Position numbers and translations under genes: made by a program. This document shows positions 7,983-17,950 of a DNA stretch of 64,000 nt, piece after piece (position 1 is the first letter of the stretch; every line of letters starts with the position of its first letter). The stretch comes from an uncultured Candidatus Rokubacteria bacterium (GTDB lineage: Bacteria; Methylomirabilota; Methylomirabilia; Rokubacteriales; CSP1-6): the NCBI GenBank assembly GCA_963771355.1, contig CAVYTA010000006.1, positions 1,184,001 to 1,248,000 of the forward strand, given 5' to 3'. The notes under the pieces were generated by a model that was given only the letters and a program-made list of their open reading frames with translations, did not search any database and was not told where the DNA came from.

Positions 7983-9713
7983 CTAGCCGCGCTCCAGGAT
8001 GTACAGGTGCTGGAACATGTCCACGTAGATGTTGCCGTCCACGACGAACTCGCCCTGCTTGTTCTTCTCGACCCCGCCCACCCAGGGCTTCTTGGCGCCA
8101 TAGCGCACCACCCACGCCACCGGCACGTATCCGACGTCGTCCTGCATGATCTCCTCGGCCTTCTTGTAGTGCTCGAGGCGCTTCTTCGGGTCGCGGGTGT
8201 CGCGCCCGGCCTCGAGCTCCTTGTCGAAGGCATCGTTGACCCAGGCCTGCCGCCTGCCGGTGGTCTTCTTGCCGTAGAAGGTGTCGAAGTACTCGTTGTG
8301 CGGGTCGGGGTAGTCCATGAACCAGCGGATCCACACGAACTGGAGGTCCTGCTTCCAGAGCCGCTCGCGGAACACGCGCGGCTCCAGCACTTCCAGATCG
8401 GTCTTCATGTTGAGGCTGTCCAGCAGCACCGCCTGCACCGCCTCCGCCAGCGGCTTGGAGCCCAGCCCCTCGTCACGCATGCTGAGCGTGATCTTGGGCC
8501 AGTTCTTGCCCCCCTCGAAAGGCGTGCCCTTGAGCTGATCCATGGCGAGCTTCTTGTCGTACTTCTGGATGGCCTTGACCTTGGGGTCGTCGAGCGCGCC
8601 GGGGAAGCCGGGAGGGATCATGGACCACGCCGGAATGGCCAGCCCCTGGCTCACCTTGACGATGTTCTCCCGGTCGATGGCGTGTGCCACCGCCTTGCGC
8701 ACTTTGAGATTGTCGAAGGGGGGCTTGGTCGCCTGCGGGAGCAGGTACCAGGTGCCCGGGAACGGATACTTGAACACGTCCTTGCCCGCACGCGGATCGG
8801 TGCGGAGGCGATTGAGGTCGCCGGCCTGGAGCGCGGTCATGTCCAGCTCGTTGTTCTCGTAAGGGAGCGCGCCCGCGGCGACCGGGATGATGGGGATGAC
8901 CACCCGGGTGAGGTGCACGGTCTTGGCCCCGTAGTAATACGGGTTCTTCCGGAGCACCATCTGCTTGTTGTGCTCCCACGCCTCCAGGGTGAAGGGACCG
9001 TTGGAGACGATATTGCCGGCCTCCGTCCACTTGTCGCCGTGCTTCTCCACCGCCCCGCGATGGGCGGGCAGCGCGGCGAGGTAGGCGGCGAGCACTGGGA
9101 AGTAACCCCGCGGCCCTTCCAGGGTGACCTCGAGGGTCCAGTCGTCCTTGGCCCGCACGCCCACTTCCTTGGGGTCGGTGAGCTGCTTCTTGTTCAACTT
9201 CTCACCGTTCTTGATGTCGTACAGGAAGGAGGCGTAAGGCGCCGCGCTGGCGGGATCGAGCTGCCGCTTCCACGACCACTCGAAGTCGCGCGCGGTCACC
9301 GGCGAGTTGTCCGACCAGCGGGTGTCCTTGCGGATGGAGAACGTCCACACCGATCCGTCCTTGTTGCTCTCGACCTTCGACGCCATCCACGGCACCGCCA
9401 CGAAGTCGGCGTTGAAGACCATGAGCCCGGCGAACAGCGCGGGCACGCCGGAGCAGTAGAGATCCTTGTTGAAGTCGTGGCTGGAGGGTTCGCTCTGGTA
9501 CCAGCCGCCGCCGCCGTAGCGGAAGACCTGCTCCTTGGCCAGCTTCTCGCCGGGCCCGGGCTTGGACGGTGACGACGCCTGGGCGGTGGTGGCGAAGCCG
9601 AGCCCGCCGAAGGCGGCCATGGCGCCAACGACCTTGAGGAAGTCGCGCCGGCCGACGCCGATCGCGGTGACGCGCTCGGCGAAGAGGTCGAGCTGCTCGT
9701 CGGGGATATGCAT
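7983..9713 (-). CDS. Oligopeptide/dipeptide ABC transporter substrate-binding protein with Tat signal
   Basis: GRRDFLK Tat motif; SBP family 5 motifs (WSDNSPVTARDF, SNGPF, PPFDNLKVRKA). Confidence 0.92.
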   Translation of the reverse strand: MHIPDEQLDLFAERVTAIGVGRRDFLKVVGAMAAFGGLGFATTAQASSPSKPGPGEKLAKEQVFRYGGGGWYQSEPSSHDFNKDLYCSGVPALFAGLMVFNADFVAVPWMASKVESNKDGSVWTFSIRKDTRWSDNSPVTARDFEWSWKRQLDPASAAPYASFLYDIKNGEKLNKKQLTDPKEVGVRAKDDWTLEVTLEGPRGYFPVLAAYLAALPAHRGAVEKHGDKWTEAGNIVSNGPFTLEAWEHNKQMVLRKNPYYYGAKTVHLTRVVIPIIPVAAGALPYENNELDMTALQAGDLNRLRTDPRAGKDVFKYPFPGTWYLLPQATKPPFDNLKVRKAVAHAIDRENIVKVSQGLAIPAWSMIPPGFPGALDDPKVKAIQKYDKKLAMDQLKGTPFEGGKNWPKITLSMRDEGLGSKPLAEAVQAVLLDSLNMKTDLEVLEPRVFRERLWKQDLQFVWIRWFMDYPDPHNEYFDTFYGKKTTGRRQAWVNDAFDKELEAGRDTRDPKKRLEHYKKAEEIMQDDVGYVPVAWVVRYGAKKPWVGGVEKNKQGEFVVDGNIYVDMFQHLYILERG

Positions 9714-9731
9714 GGTGGTGATCCTCCTTGG

Positions 9732-10664
9732 TTACTTCATCTTGGGGTCGAGCGCGTCCCGGACCCCGTCGCCGAAGAACGTGAACGAGAGCATGGTAAC
9801 CGCGATGGCGATGGCCGGGAAGACGCAGAGATGCCAGTACGAGCGCAGGAATTGCTGGTTCTCGCCCACCATCTGCCCCCACGAGGGGGTCGGCGGGTTG
9901 ATGCCCACGCCGATGAAGGACAGGGCCGCCTCGTAGAAGATCGCTTCCGGAATGCCGAAGGTGACGGAGACCACGATGGGGGTGAGCGCGCTGGGCAGGA
10001 CGTGCCGGCTCACCACGCGCCAGAATCCCGCCCCCAGCGCCCTGGCCCCCTCGACGAACTCCTTCTCCTTGATGGACAAGACCTGGGCGCGAGTCTGGCG
10101 GGCGATGCCCACCCAGCCGGTCAGCCCGATGGCGATGAAGATGTTCATGAGGCCGGCGCCCAGCATGGACATCATGAGGATGACGAAGAGGAGGCGCGGG
10201 AAGGCGTACATCACGTCCACGAAGCGGGTGACTAGGAGGTCTACCCGGCCGCCGACGTAGCCGGAGATGAGCCCGATGGGGACGCCGATTACCACCACGA
10301 TGATCTGGGAGCCCAGCCCCACCAGCATGGACACCCGCGCGCCGTAGATGATCCGCGAGAGCTGATCGCGCCCGAGCTGGTCGGTGCCGAGGGGGAACTC
10401 GCGCGAGGGGAAGTCGTTGAGCCGCCCGAAGTTCGGCTTGGTATAGGAGAACGGGGCGAGGAAGTCGGCGAAGATCGCGATGAGGCAGAGGAGGACGACG
10501 GTGACGCCCCCCACCACCGCGAGCTTGTTGCGCAGAAGCCGCCGCCAGGCGTCGCGGTAGAGGCTCGTCCCGCGCATCGCCGCCGCCGCGGGCAGCGCCC
10601 CCGCCGGCGCAGCACCGCCCGGGGTGGGCAGCCTAGTATCGGATGCGGGGGTCGAGAGCGCCAT
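9732..10664 (-). CDS. Peptide ABC transporter permease (OppC/DppC)
   Basis: LGTDQLGRD, EAA-type loop FVEGARALGA, PPTPSWG. Confidence 0.93.
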   Translation of the reverse strand: MALSTPASDTRLPTPGGAAPAGALPAAAAMRGTSLYRDAWRRLLRNKLAVVGGVTVVLLCLIAIFADFLAPFSYTKPNFGRLNDFPSREFPLGTDQLGRDQLSRIIYGARVSMLVGLGSQIIVVVIGVPIGLISGYVGGRVDLLVTRFVDVMYAFPRLLFVILMMSMLGAGLMNIFIAIGLTGWVGIARQTRAQVLSIKEKEFVEGARALGAGFWRVVSRHVLPSALTPIVVSVTFGIPEAIFYEAALSFIGVGINPPTPSWGQMVGENQQFLRSYWHLCVFPAIAIAVTMLSFTFFGDGVRDALDPKMK

Positions 10665-11562
10665 AGAGGAGGTCCACCACCAGGTTCATCATGGCGAGGA
10701 AGGCCCCGTAGATGAGCACCACCGCCATGATCATCGGATAGTCCCGCCCCGTCATCGAGAGCACGAAGAAGCGGCCCATCCCGGGGACGCGAAAGATCGA
10801 CTCCACGAAGAAGGACCCCGTCCCCACCGCCGCGAACATCGGGCCCAGCAGCGTGACCACCGGGATCAGCGCGTTCTTGAGCACGTGGCGCAGGATCACC
10901 GGCCGCTCCGCGAGGCCCTTGGCGCGCGCGGTGCGGACGTAGTCCGAGCGGATCACCTCGATCATGCTCGAGCGCGTGAAGCGGGCGATGATGCCCATGG
11001 GCGCGAGCGCGAGGGTAATGGTGGGGAGCACCCACTGGCTCGGGCTCCCCCAGCCGCCGGTGGGGAAGAGCGGGATCACGAAGGAGAAGAGGATGATGAA
11101 GAAGACCGCGAGGACGAAGTTGGGCACGGCCACGCCGAGGGTGGCCACGCTCACCGAGACGTAGTCCCACGACTTGTTCTGGTACACCGCCGCGAGCACG
11201 CCCAGGGTGACGCCCCCGACGACGGCGAGCACGAGCGCCATGCTCCCCAGGAAGAGCGAGGTGGGAAAGGTCTCCCGCATGATCTCCATGACGGTGCGAG
11301 TCTTGTAGATGAAGGACTGCCCGAAGTCACCCCGCACCGCCTTGCCGAGGAAGATGCCGAACTGGTACCAGAGCGGCTTGTCGAGCCCGTAGGCCTCGGC
11401 GAGATTTTTCTGCGCCTCCGGGGAGAGCGGGTTGGCCCCCTCCGCGACGGGGTCGAGGGGGCTTCCGGGGGTGGCGTGCATCACGAGGAACGTGATCACC
11501 GCCATGGCGAGGATCGTCGGGACCAGCCATACGAGCCGATACAGGATGTAACGGGCCACCAA
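10633..11562 (-). CDS. Peptide ABC transporter permease (OppB/DppB)
   Basis: YGLDKPL, DYVRTARAKGL, RDYP; start may be GTG at 11559. Confidence 0.93.
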   Translation of the reverse strand: MVARYILYRLVWLVPTILAMAVITFLVMHATPGSPLDPVAEGANPLSPEAQKNLAEAYGLDKPLWYQFGIFLGKAVRGDFGQSFIYKTRTVMEIMRETFPTSLFLGSMALVLAVVGGVTLGVLAAVYQNKSWDYVSVSVATLGVAVPNFVLAVFFIILFSFVIPLFPTGGWGSPSQWVLPTITLALAPMGIIARFTRSSMIEVIRSDYVRTARAKGLAERPVILRHVLKNALIPVVTLLGPMFAAVGTGSFFVESIFRVPGMGRFFVLSMTGRDYPMIMAVVLIYGAFLAMMNLVVDLLYGALDPRIRY

Positions 11563-11711
11563 CCCCCCCGGAGTGCCGCGGACCGGCCTTGGCGCGCTGG
11601 AAAATCAGGTGTGGCAAATATCGGCCCCCCCTCGTGAGAAGTCAAGCAAAACGTGCGTCTGGGGCCCATTCGAGCCGGTCCAGGATCGCGGCAGTGCTAT
11701 CCTCGGGTCGC

Positions 11712-13571
11712 ATGGCCACCGTGGGCCTCACCGTGCTTCCCGACGCGCGAACCCTCCAGGTCGAGCCGGGCACTACCATCCTCCGCGCCGCCCATGCGGC
11801 GGGAGTGGACATCACCGCCACCTGCGGTGGCCGCGGGCGCTGCACCTCCTGCCGGGTGAAGTTCACCGCCGGCACCGTGCCTCCGCCCACGGTGATGGAC
11901 GAGCTCCAGCTCGGCGACGCCCTCGTGCGCGAGGGCTATCGCCTCTCGTGTCAGTGCCGCGTGCTCGAGCCGATCACGGTGCAGGTGGCGCCCCCGCTCG
12001 ACGAGCGGAGCTTCCAGATCCTCGGCGCGCAGCCGGCGGCGGCCGCGCTGGAGCGCGTGACCATCGACGCGGGCATCCGGAAGGACCTGGTCCACGTGGA
12101 GCTACCCAAGGAGGAGCACCACCAGACCTCCGACCTCGAGGAGCTGCTCCGCGCCGTCGGGCGGCGCGAGGAGGACATTGCCCCGGAAGTGGTCCGCACC
12201 CTGCCCCACGCGCTGCGCGAGCACGCGGGCGAGGTCACCGTCACCAGCTGGGGGCGCCGCATCCTGGCGGTGGACGCGGGCGACACCGCGCTCCTCAAGT
12301 TCGGCCTCGCCATCGACATCGGCACCACCAGCGTGGTCTCGTCCCTGATGGAGCTCGAGTCCGGCGAGCAGCTGGCCTCGGTGTCGAGCCTCAATCCCCA
12401 GGCGGTGTTCGGCGCCGACCTCATGTCGCGCATCGCCTTCGCCCAGTTCAACCCCGGCAATCTCCGCAAGCTCCACACCCGTATCGTGGGGCTGCTCAAT
12501 CAGCACGTGGAGCAGCTCTGCACCGAGTCCGGCGTGCTCGCGAAGTGGATCTACAAGGTCGTGGTGGTGGGCAATACCTGCATGCACCACATCCTGCTCG
12601 GCATCGATCCCTCTCATGTCGGGCTCGCGCCCTACGCGCCCGTGCTCCGGCATCCCCTCGAGCTCGCCGCACGCGAGCTCTTCCTCAAGGTGAATCCGGA
12701 GGCGCGGGTGTGTCTCCTCCCCATCGTAGCCGGCTTCGTGGGCGCCGACGCGGTGGCGGTGGCGCTGGCCACCCGCATCGGCGAGACCCCGGAGCAGCGG
12801 ATCGCGGTGGACATCGGCACCAACGGGGAGGTGCTGCTGGGCTCGCGGGACCGGCTCTGGGCCTGCTCCGCGCCCGCGGGCCCCGCGCTCGAGGGCGCCC
12901 AGCTGCGCTGCGGGATGCGCGCGGCGCTGGGCGCCATCGACCGCGTCTGGCTCGCCGAGGGCGACCTGCGCGTGCACACGCTGGGGGACGCGGCGGCGCA
13001 GGGCATCTGCGGCTCGGGTGTCGTGGACGCGGTGGCCACCCTCCTCGACGCGGGCGTGCTCGACTGGACGGGGCTCATCGACGTGGACGCCCGCTCCCGT
13101 TTGCCCGCCGCGCTGGCCGCGCGCGTGCAGATGCGCGGCGAGGAGCGCCTGGTGATCCTCGCGCGTCCGGGCGAGGCGGGCGCGGAGCGGGAGATCGTGC
13201 TCACCCAGGACGACGTGCGTCAGGTTCAGCTCTGCAAGGGCGCCATCGCCTCCGGGGCCGCCCTCCTGCAGAAGGTGGCCGGGCTCCGCGACGAGGACGT
13301 GACGGAGCTGATGCTGGCGGGCGGCTTCGGCAACTATCTCTCCGTGCGCAGCGCGCTCCGCATCGGCCTCATTCCCGCCCTACCGGAGAGGAAGATTCGC
13401 TATGTCGGCAACGCAGCGGCGCTGGGCGCCCAGCTCGCTCTCATGTCCGAGCCCGAGCGCGCGCGCGCGGCCGCACTGGCCCGGCGCATCGAGCATGTCT
13501 CGCTGGCCGCCCATCCCGACTTCCAGGACATCTTCGTGGACTGCATGAACTTTCCGCTCCGATCCCCGTGA
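11712..13571 (+). CDS. RACo/RamA-type corrinoid reductive activator (2Fe-2S plus ASKHA ATPase, DUF4445)
   Basis: CGGRGRCTSC ferredoxin motif; DIGTT, DIGTNGE, GPALEG, GICGSG, AGGFG, GNAA. Confidence 0.92.
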   Translation: MATVGLTVLPDARTLQVEPGTTILRAAHAAGVDITATCGGRGRCTSCRVKFTAGTVPPPTVMDELQLGDALVREGYRLSCQCRVLEPITVQVAPPLDERSFQILGAQPAAAALERVTIDAGIRKDLVHVELPKEEHHQTSDLEELLRAVGRREEDIAPEVVRTLPHALREHAGEVTVTSWGRRILAVDAGDTALLKFGLAIDIGTTSVVSSLMELESGEQLASVSSLNPQAVFGADLMSRIAFAQFNPGNLRKLHTRIVGLLNQHVEQLCTESGVLAKWIYKVVVVGNTCMHHILLGIDPSHVGLAPYAPVLRHPLELAARELFLKVNPEARVCLLPIVAGFVGADAVAVALATRIGETPEQRIAVDIGTNGEVLLGSRDRLWACSAPAGPALEGAQLRCGMRAALGAIDRVWLAEGDLRVHTLGDAAAQGICGSGVVDAVATLLDAGVLDWTGLIDVDARSRLPAALAARVQMRGEERLVILARPGEAGAEREIVLTQDDVRQVQLCKGAIASGAALLQKVAGLRDEDVTELMLAGGFGNYLSVRSALRIGLIPALPERKIRYVGNAAALGAQLALMSEPERARAAALARRIEHVSLAAHPDFQDIFVDCMNFPLRSP

Positions 13572-13614
13572 AAAACAAGGTCCTGAAGCTCCCCGCGGCC
13601 TTGCCGGCGTCCCG

Positions 13615-14472
13615 GTGGGCGGAGTCGAGACCGAGATCGACGCGCGCTGGCCCATGGCCTATGCGGCGGGCCTCGGCGACACCGACTCCGCGTATCTCGA
13701 TACCCTGCGGCCGGGCGGCATCGTGGCGCACCCGTTGTTCCCGGTGTGCTACGAGTGGCCGCTGGCGGTGGAGAGCCGCGCCCGGCAGCTGGGCGAGGAG
13801 ATCGCGCTGCGCGGCGTGCACGCCACGCACGACCTCGTCCTCCACCGTCGCGTGCGCCCGGGGGACCGGCTCCGCACCACCGCCGCGGTGGTGGCGGTGA
13901 CCCCGCGCCGCGCCGGCGCCTATGTCCTCACCCGCTACACGACGGTGGATGCCGACGGCGCACCGGTGAGCGTCACCGACTACGGCAGCGTCTACCTCGG
14001 CGTGGCCTGCGATCCCGAGGGCGCGCTCCCTCCCGTGCCCACTGCCTCCGGAGGCGAGTCGGAGCGCGCGGCCACGTGGACCGCCGAGGTCCCCATTGCC
14101 GCGACCCTCGCCCACGTGTACACGGAGTGCGCGCGGATCTGGAATCCCATCCACACGGACCCGGAGATGGCCAGGCGCGCGGGGCTGTCCGCCATTCTCC
14201 TGCACGGCACCGCCACGCTCGCGCTCAGCGTCTCCGCCGCGCTCGCGCGGGAGCCCCGCGGCGCCGAGACGCCGGTGGCCCGGGTCGTGTGCCGGTTCAC
14301 CGGCATGGTGAGCCTGCCCTCTCGCCTCACCGTGACCGGCCGGTCCGCGCATGCCGGCGACGGCTCCGTGACCGTCGGCTTTCGTGCCACCACGCCCGAC
14401 GGCCGCGCGGCGCTCAGTGATGGGTGGCTTGCCGTCGGTCCCTCCGATCCGATCCCGAGGAGCCCGCGATGA
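13615..14472 (+). CDS. Double-hotdog MaoC-like dehydratase
   Basis: YAAGL...HPLF...WNPIHTD...ILLHG. The true start may be the overlapping GTG at 13568 with a frameshift. Confidence 0.8.
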   Translation: MGGVETEIDARWPMAYAAGLGDTDSAYLDTLRPGGIVAHPLFPVCYEWPLAVESRARQLGEEIALRGVHATHDLVLHRRVRPGDRLRTTAAVVAVTPRRAGAYVLTRYTTVDADGAPVSVTDYGSVYLGVACDPEGALPPVPTASGGESERAATWTAEVPIAATLAHVYTECARIWNPIHTDPEMARRAGLSAILLHGTATLALSVSAALAREPRGAETPVARVVCRFTGMVSLPSRLTVTGRSAHAGDGSVTVGFRATTPDGRAALSDGWLAVGPSDPIPRSPR

Positions 14473-15479
14473 CCAAGCTCGAGCGCGTGCAGGCCGCCAT
14501 CCGGCGCCAGCCCACCGACCGGACGCCCTATGCCTTCTGGCGGCACTTCCCCGACGTGGACCGCAATGCGGCCGCGCTGGCCCAGTCCACCCTGCGCTTC
14601 CACGAGCGCTACGACTCCGACTTCCTCAAGGTGACGCCCCACGGCGGCTACGCGGTGGAGGACTGGGGATGCGTGGAAGGGAGCGAAGTCCGGCCCGATG
14701 GCCATCGCCCCTGCGCGCGCCACGGCGTGAACGCGCCGGAAGACTGGAAACGCGTGCGCCCGGTGAAGATGGAGTCGACGGGCTGGGCCACCCACCTGGA
14801 GACCATCATCCGTACCGTGGTGGACAAGCGGGCCGATTGCTCCACGGTGCCCACCGTCTTCAGCCCGCTCTCGCTCGCGCGGAAGCTGGCAGGTGATCGG
14901 CTCGCCTACGATCTCAAGGAAAACCCCCAGGCGGTCACCGATGCGCTCACCGCCATCACCGAGACCATCCTCGCCTTCATGGAGGCGTGCTTCCGGGAGG
15001 GCTGCGAGGGCATCTTCTACTCCGTCCAGGCGGCGAGCGCCACCTTCCACACCGAGGAGGAGTACCGGCGCTTCGGCGAGCCCTACGACCGCCGCATTCT
15101 CGAGGCGGTGCGGCCGAAGTCCAAGCTCACCATTCTCCACTGCCACGGCGAGCGGCTCATGTTCGATCGGCTCGCCGTCCTGCCCGCGGACGTGTGGAAC
15201 TGGGATGATCGCCGCGCGGGCCCCACGCTGGCGGCGGGACAGGCCACGGTTTCGGGCGCCGTGTGCGGTGGGCTCGACCAGGGGGGCACGCTCAAGGACG
15301 GGACGGCCGAGCAAGCGAAGGCGGAGGCGCAGGACGCCATCGCGCAAGCCGGAGGACGCGGCCTCATCCTGGGCGCCGGCTGCGTGATCCTGCCCGAAAC
15401 ACCGGATGCCACCATGATCAAGCTCATCACGTCGGTCGGCGGGCGGCCCCGGCTCGGTCTCTTCCGGCCGCAGCTCTGA
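14469..15479 (+). CDS. Uroporphyrinogen decarboxylase / MtaA-CmuA methyltransferase superfamily protein
   Basis: DRTP..FWRHF, TVFSPLS, ILHCHG, LILGAGC. Confidence 0.85.
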   Translation: MTKLERVQAAIRRQPTDRTPYAFWRHFPDVDRNAAALAQSTLRFHERYDSDFLKVTPHGGYAVEDWGCVEGSEVRPDGHRPCARHGVNAPEDWKRVRPVKMESTGWATHLETIIRTVVDKRADCSTVPTVFSPLSLARKLAGDRLAYDLKENPQAVTDALTAITETILAFMEACFREGCEGIFYSVQAASATFHTEEEYRRFGEPYDRRILEAVRPKSKLTILHCHGERLMFDRLAVLPADVWNWDDRRAGPTLAAGQATVSGAVCGGLDQGGTLKDGTAEQAKAEAQDAIAQAGGRGLILGAGCVILPETPDATMIKLITSVGGRPRLGLFRPQL

Positions 15480-15480
15480 G

Positions 15481-16080
15481 ATGGGCGCGAGTCGCTGGCT
15501 CCGCTGGGTCTTGCTCGGCGTCGTGCTGGCCGGCGCCGCGGGGGCGGTGCAATTCTTCACCCGCACCGCGCCGGTGCCGGCCGCCGACGCCCCACCCATC
15601 CTCTCCGCCTACCGCTCCTTCGACGGCGCCAACAAGCTCCAGCGACTGTCCCGTCATGCGGGGGTGGACTTCGGCGCGGCCGCAGGCACGCCGGTGATCG
15701 CGGCCGCCGAGGGGCGCGTGGTCCAGCTCATCGACTACGGGCCCGGCTGCGGGCTCGGCGTCATCCTCGAGCATCCGGAGTTCAAGCGCTACACCGCCTA
15801 CTGCCACCTGCAGGCGGTGCTGGCGCGAATCGGCGAGGAGGTGCCGCGGGGGCGCATCATCGGGCGCGTCGGCACGAGCAGCAATGCCGTGGGCGTGCCC
15901 CACCTCCACTTCGAGCTGTGCACCAGCGCGTGCAGCTCCCACGCCGACGGCGATCTCTGGGGCACCGCGGACCCGATGAAGTTCGCGGCCGGCTGCTTCG
16001 ACCCGCAGCGGAGCTATCCCATCGGCCGGCTCGCCCTCACCTACCCCATCCCCTGCGGCGGCCTCTACCGTGAGCTCTGA
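15481..16080 (+). CDS. M23 family metallopeptidase
   Basis: HAGVDF (HxxxD), YCHL, PHLHFE; N-terminal TM/signal. Confidence 0.9.
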   Translation: MGASRWLRWVLLGVVLAGAAGAVQFFTRTAPVPAADAPPILSAYRSFDGANKLQRLSRHAGVDFGAAAGTPVIAAAEGRVVQLIDYGPGCGLGVILEHPEFKRYTAYCHLQAVLARIGEEVPRGRIIGRVGTSSNAVGVPHLHFELCTSACSSHADGDLWGTADPMKFAAGCFDPQRSYPIGRLALTYPIPCGGLYREL

Positions 16081-16837
16081 TCGAACGGCCGCCCGTCGCA
16101 CGCTCGCGGCCCTGCTCGCGCTGGCGCTCGTGGCGGGCGGCTGCGGCCCGGGCGCCCAGCCCCTCATCGCCGCCGCCGCCAAGGGCGATAACGCGAGCGT
16201 GCGGGAGCTGCTCGGCCGCGGCGCCAAGCCGGGCCGCGCGGGCGCGGAGGGCCTCACGCCGCTCATGGCGGCAGCGCAGGGCGGGCACACGGAGACCGTG
16301 CGGAGCCTGCTGGACGCGGGCGCCGACGTGAACGCGCGACGCGGCGGCAGCGGCAAGGGTCGCACGGCGCTGATCGACGCCGCCGCGGCCGGACACGTCG
16401 AGATCGTCCGGCTGCTCCTCGCCAAGGGCGCCGATCCCAACGCCCGGGCCGAGGGCGAGACCACCGCGCTCATGGGGGCGGCGCTGGGCGGCCATACCCC
16501 CGTGGTGGATCTCCTTCTCGAGCGGAAGGCCGATCCGAGCGCGCGTGCCGCCGACGGGCAGACGCCGCTGCACCAGGCCGCCCGGGGCGGGCACGGCGGC
16601 ATCGCGGAGCGGCTGCTCAAGCGCGGAGCGCCGGTCAACGCCGCCGATGCTGCGGGCCTCACGCCTCTCATGCTCGCCGCCACCGGGGGCCACGCGGAGG
16701 CGGTGACGCTGCTCCTCGCCTGGGGCGCCGACGTGAACTTGAAGGCGGGATCCGGCGCCACCGCGCTCAATGCCGCCCAGCGCGGCGGCCACGCCGGCGT
16801 CGAGGAGCTGCTCCGGGCGGTGGGCGCGAGGGAGTAG
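16070..16837 (+). CDS. Ankyrin repeat lipoprotein
   Basis: Lipobox-like AGGC; repeated TPLMxAAxxGH units. Confidence 0.9.
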   Translation: MSSDRTAARRTLAALLALALVAGGCGPGAQPLIAAAAKGDNASVRELLGRGAKPGRAGAEGLTPLMAAAQGGHTETVRSLLDAGADVNARRGGSGKGRTALIDAAAAGHVEIVRLLLAKGADPNARAEGETTALMGAALGGHTPVVDLLLERKADPSARAADGQTPLHQAARGGHGGIAERLLKRGAPVNAADAAGLTPLMLAATGGHAEAVTLLLAWGADVNLKAGSGATALNAAQRGGHAGVEELLRAVGARE

Positions 16838-16844
16838 CGGGAAG

Positions 16845-17924
16845 CTACTTCGCGACGTTGAAGCGGAAGTGGCAGATCTCCCCGTCCTGGACGACGTACT
16901 CCTTGCCTTCCAGGCGGAACTGCCCGCGCTCGCGCACGGTGGCCATGGAGCCCTCGGCGGCGATCAGCTCGTCGTAGCCCACCACCTCGGCGCGGATGAA
17001 GCCGCGCGCGATGTCCGAGTGGATGGCGCCCGCCGCGTCCTGGGCGCGGGTGCCTCGCGGCACCGGCCACGCCCGCACCTCGTCCTCGCCCACGGTGAAG
17101 AACGAGAGCAGTCCCAGCAGCGCGTAGCAATCGGTGAGCACCCGGCGGATGGCCGGCTCGGCGAGGCCGAGGTCGGCGAGGAAGGCCGCCTGTTCCTCGC
17201 CCGCGAGCTGCGCGACTTCGGTCTCGATCACCGCCGAGACCCATCCGAAGCGCGTGCCCGGCCGCCCGGCGAGGGCGCCGAGCCCGAAGCTCTCGACCAG
17301 AGTGGTCCCCCGCGCGATCTCTTTCTCGTCCAGGTTCAGGCAGTGGAGGATGGGCTTCTGCGAGAGGAAGGTGAAGCCGCGGATGAGCCGCGCCTCCTCC
17401 TCGGTGAAGGACACCGCGCGCAGCGGCGTCTCCGACTCGAGCTCGGGCTTGAGGCGCTGGAGCACCGCCTGCTCCTTCTGCTCCAGCGGATTGGGCTTCT
17501 TCTTCAGCGATGCCTCCAGCCGCTCCAGCCGCCGCTCCACCACCTCGAGGTCGGCGAGGATGAGCTCCGTCTCCAGATCGACCACGTCGGCCCGCGGGGT
17601 GGCGGGCCCGCCGTCGGCGCCGGGAAAGGCCCGCACCACGTGCAGCAGCGCGTCCGCGCTCCGGAACTCCTTGGCGTCGAAGGCGGCGCGCTCGCCCTTG
17701 GTGATGCCGGCGAGGTCCACCACCTCGAACGAGGCGGTGGTGGTCTTCTTCGGCGTGAAGAGCGACGTGAGCCGGTCCACGCGCGCGTCGGGCACCCGCG
17801 CCACCCCCACGTGCATCTCGCCGCGAGTGGCGCCGAACGACGACGTGGCCACGCTCTGCCCGGTGAGGAGGTTGAACAGCGTCGTCTTTCCGCTCTTGGG
17901 AAGCCCGAGGAGCCCGATCTTCAT
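16845..17924 (-). CDS. ychF: Ribosome-binding ATPase YchF
   Basis: GLPKSGKTT, VPDARV, AAGAIHSDIARGFIRAEV, EGKEYVVQDGE. Confidence 0.95.
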   Translation of the reverse strand: MKIGLLGLPKSGKTTLFNLLTGQSVATSSFGATRGEMHVGVARVPDARVDRLTSLFTPKKTTTASFEVVDLAGITKGERAAFDAKEFRSADALLHVVRAFPGADGGPATPRADVVDLETELILADLEVVERRLERLEASLKKKPNPLEQKEQAVLQRLKPELESETPLRAVSFTEEEARLIRGFTFLSQKPILHCLNLDEKEIARGTTLVESFGLGALAGRPGTRFGWVSAVIETEVAQLAGEEQAAFLADLGLAEPAIRRVLTDCYALLGLLSFFTVGEDEVRAWPVPRGTRAQDAAGAIHSDIARGFIRAEVVGYDELIAAEGSMATVRERGQFRLEGKEYVVQDGEICHFRFNVAK

Positions 17925-17950
17925 GCGGTCTCATGCTACCATGGCCGCCG

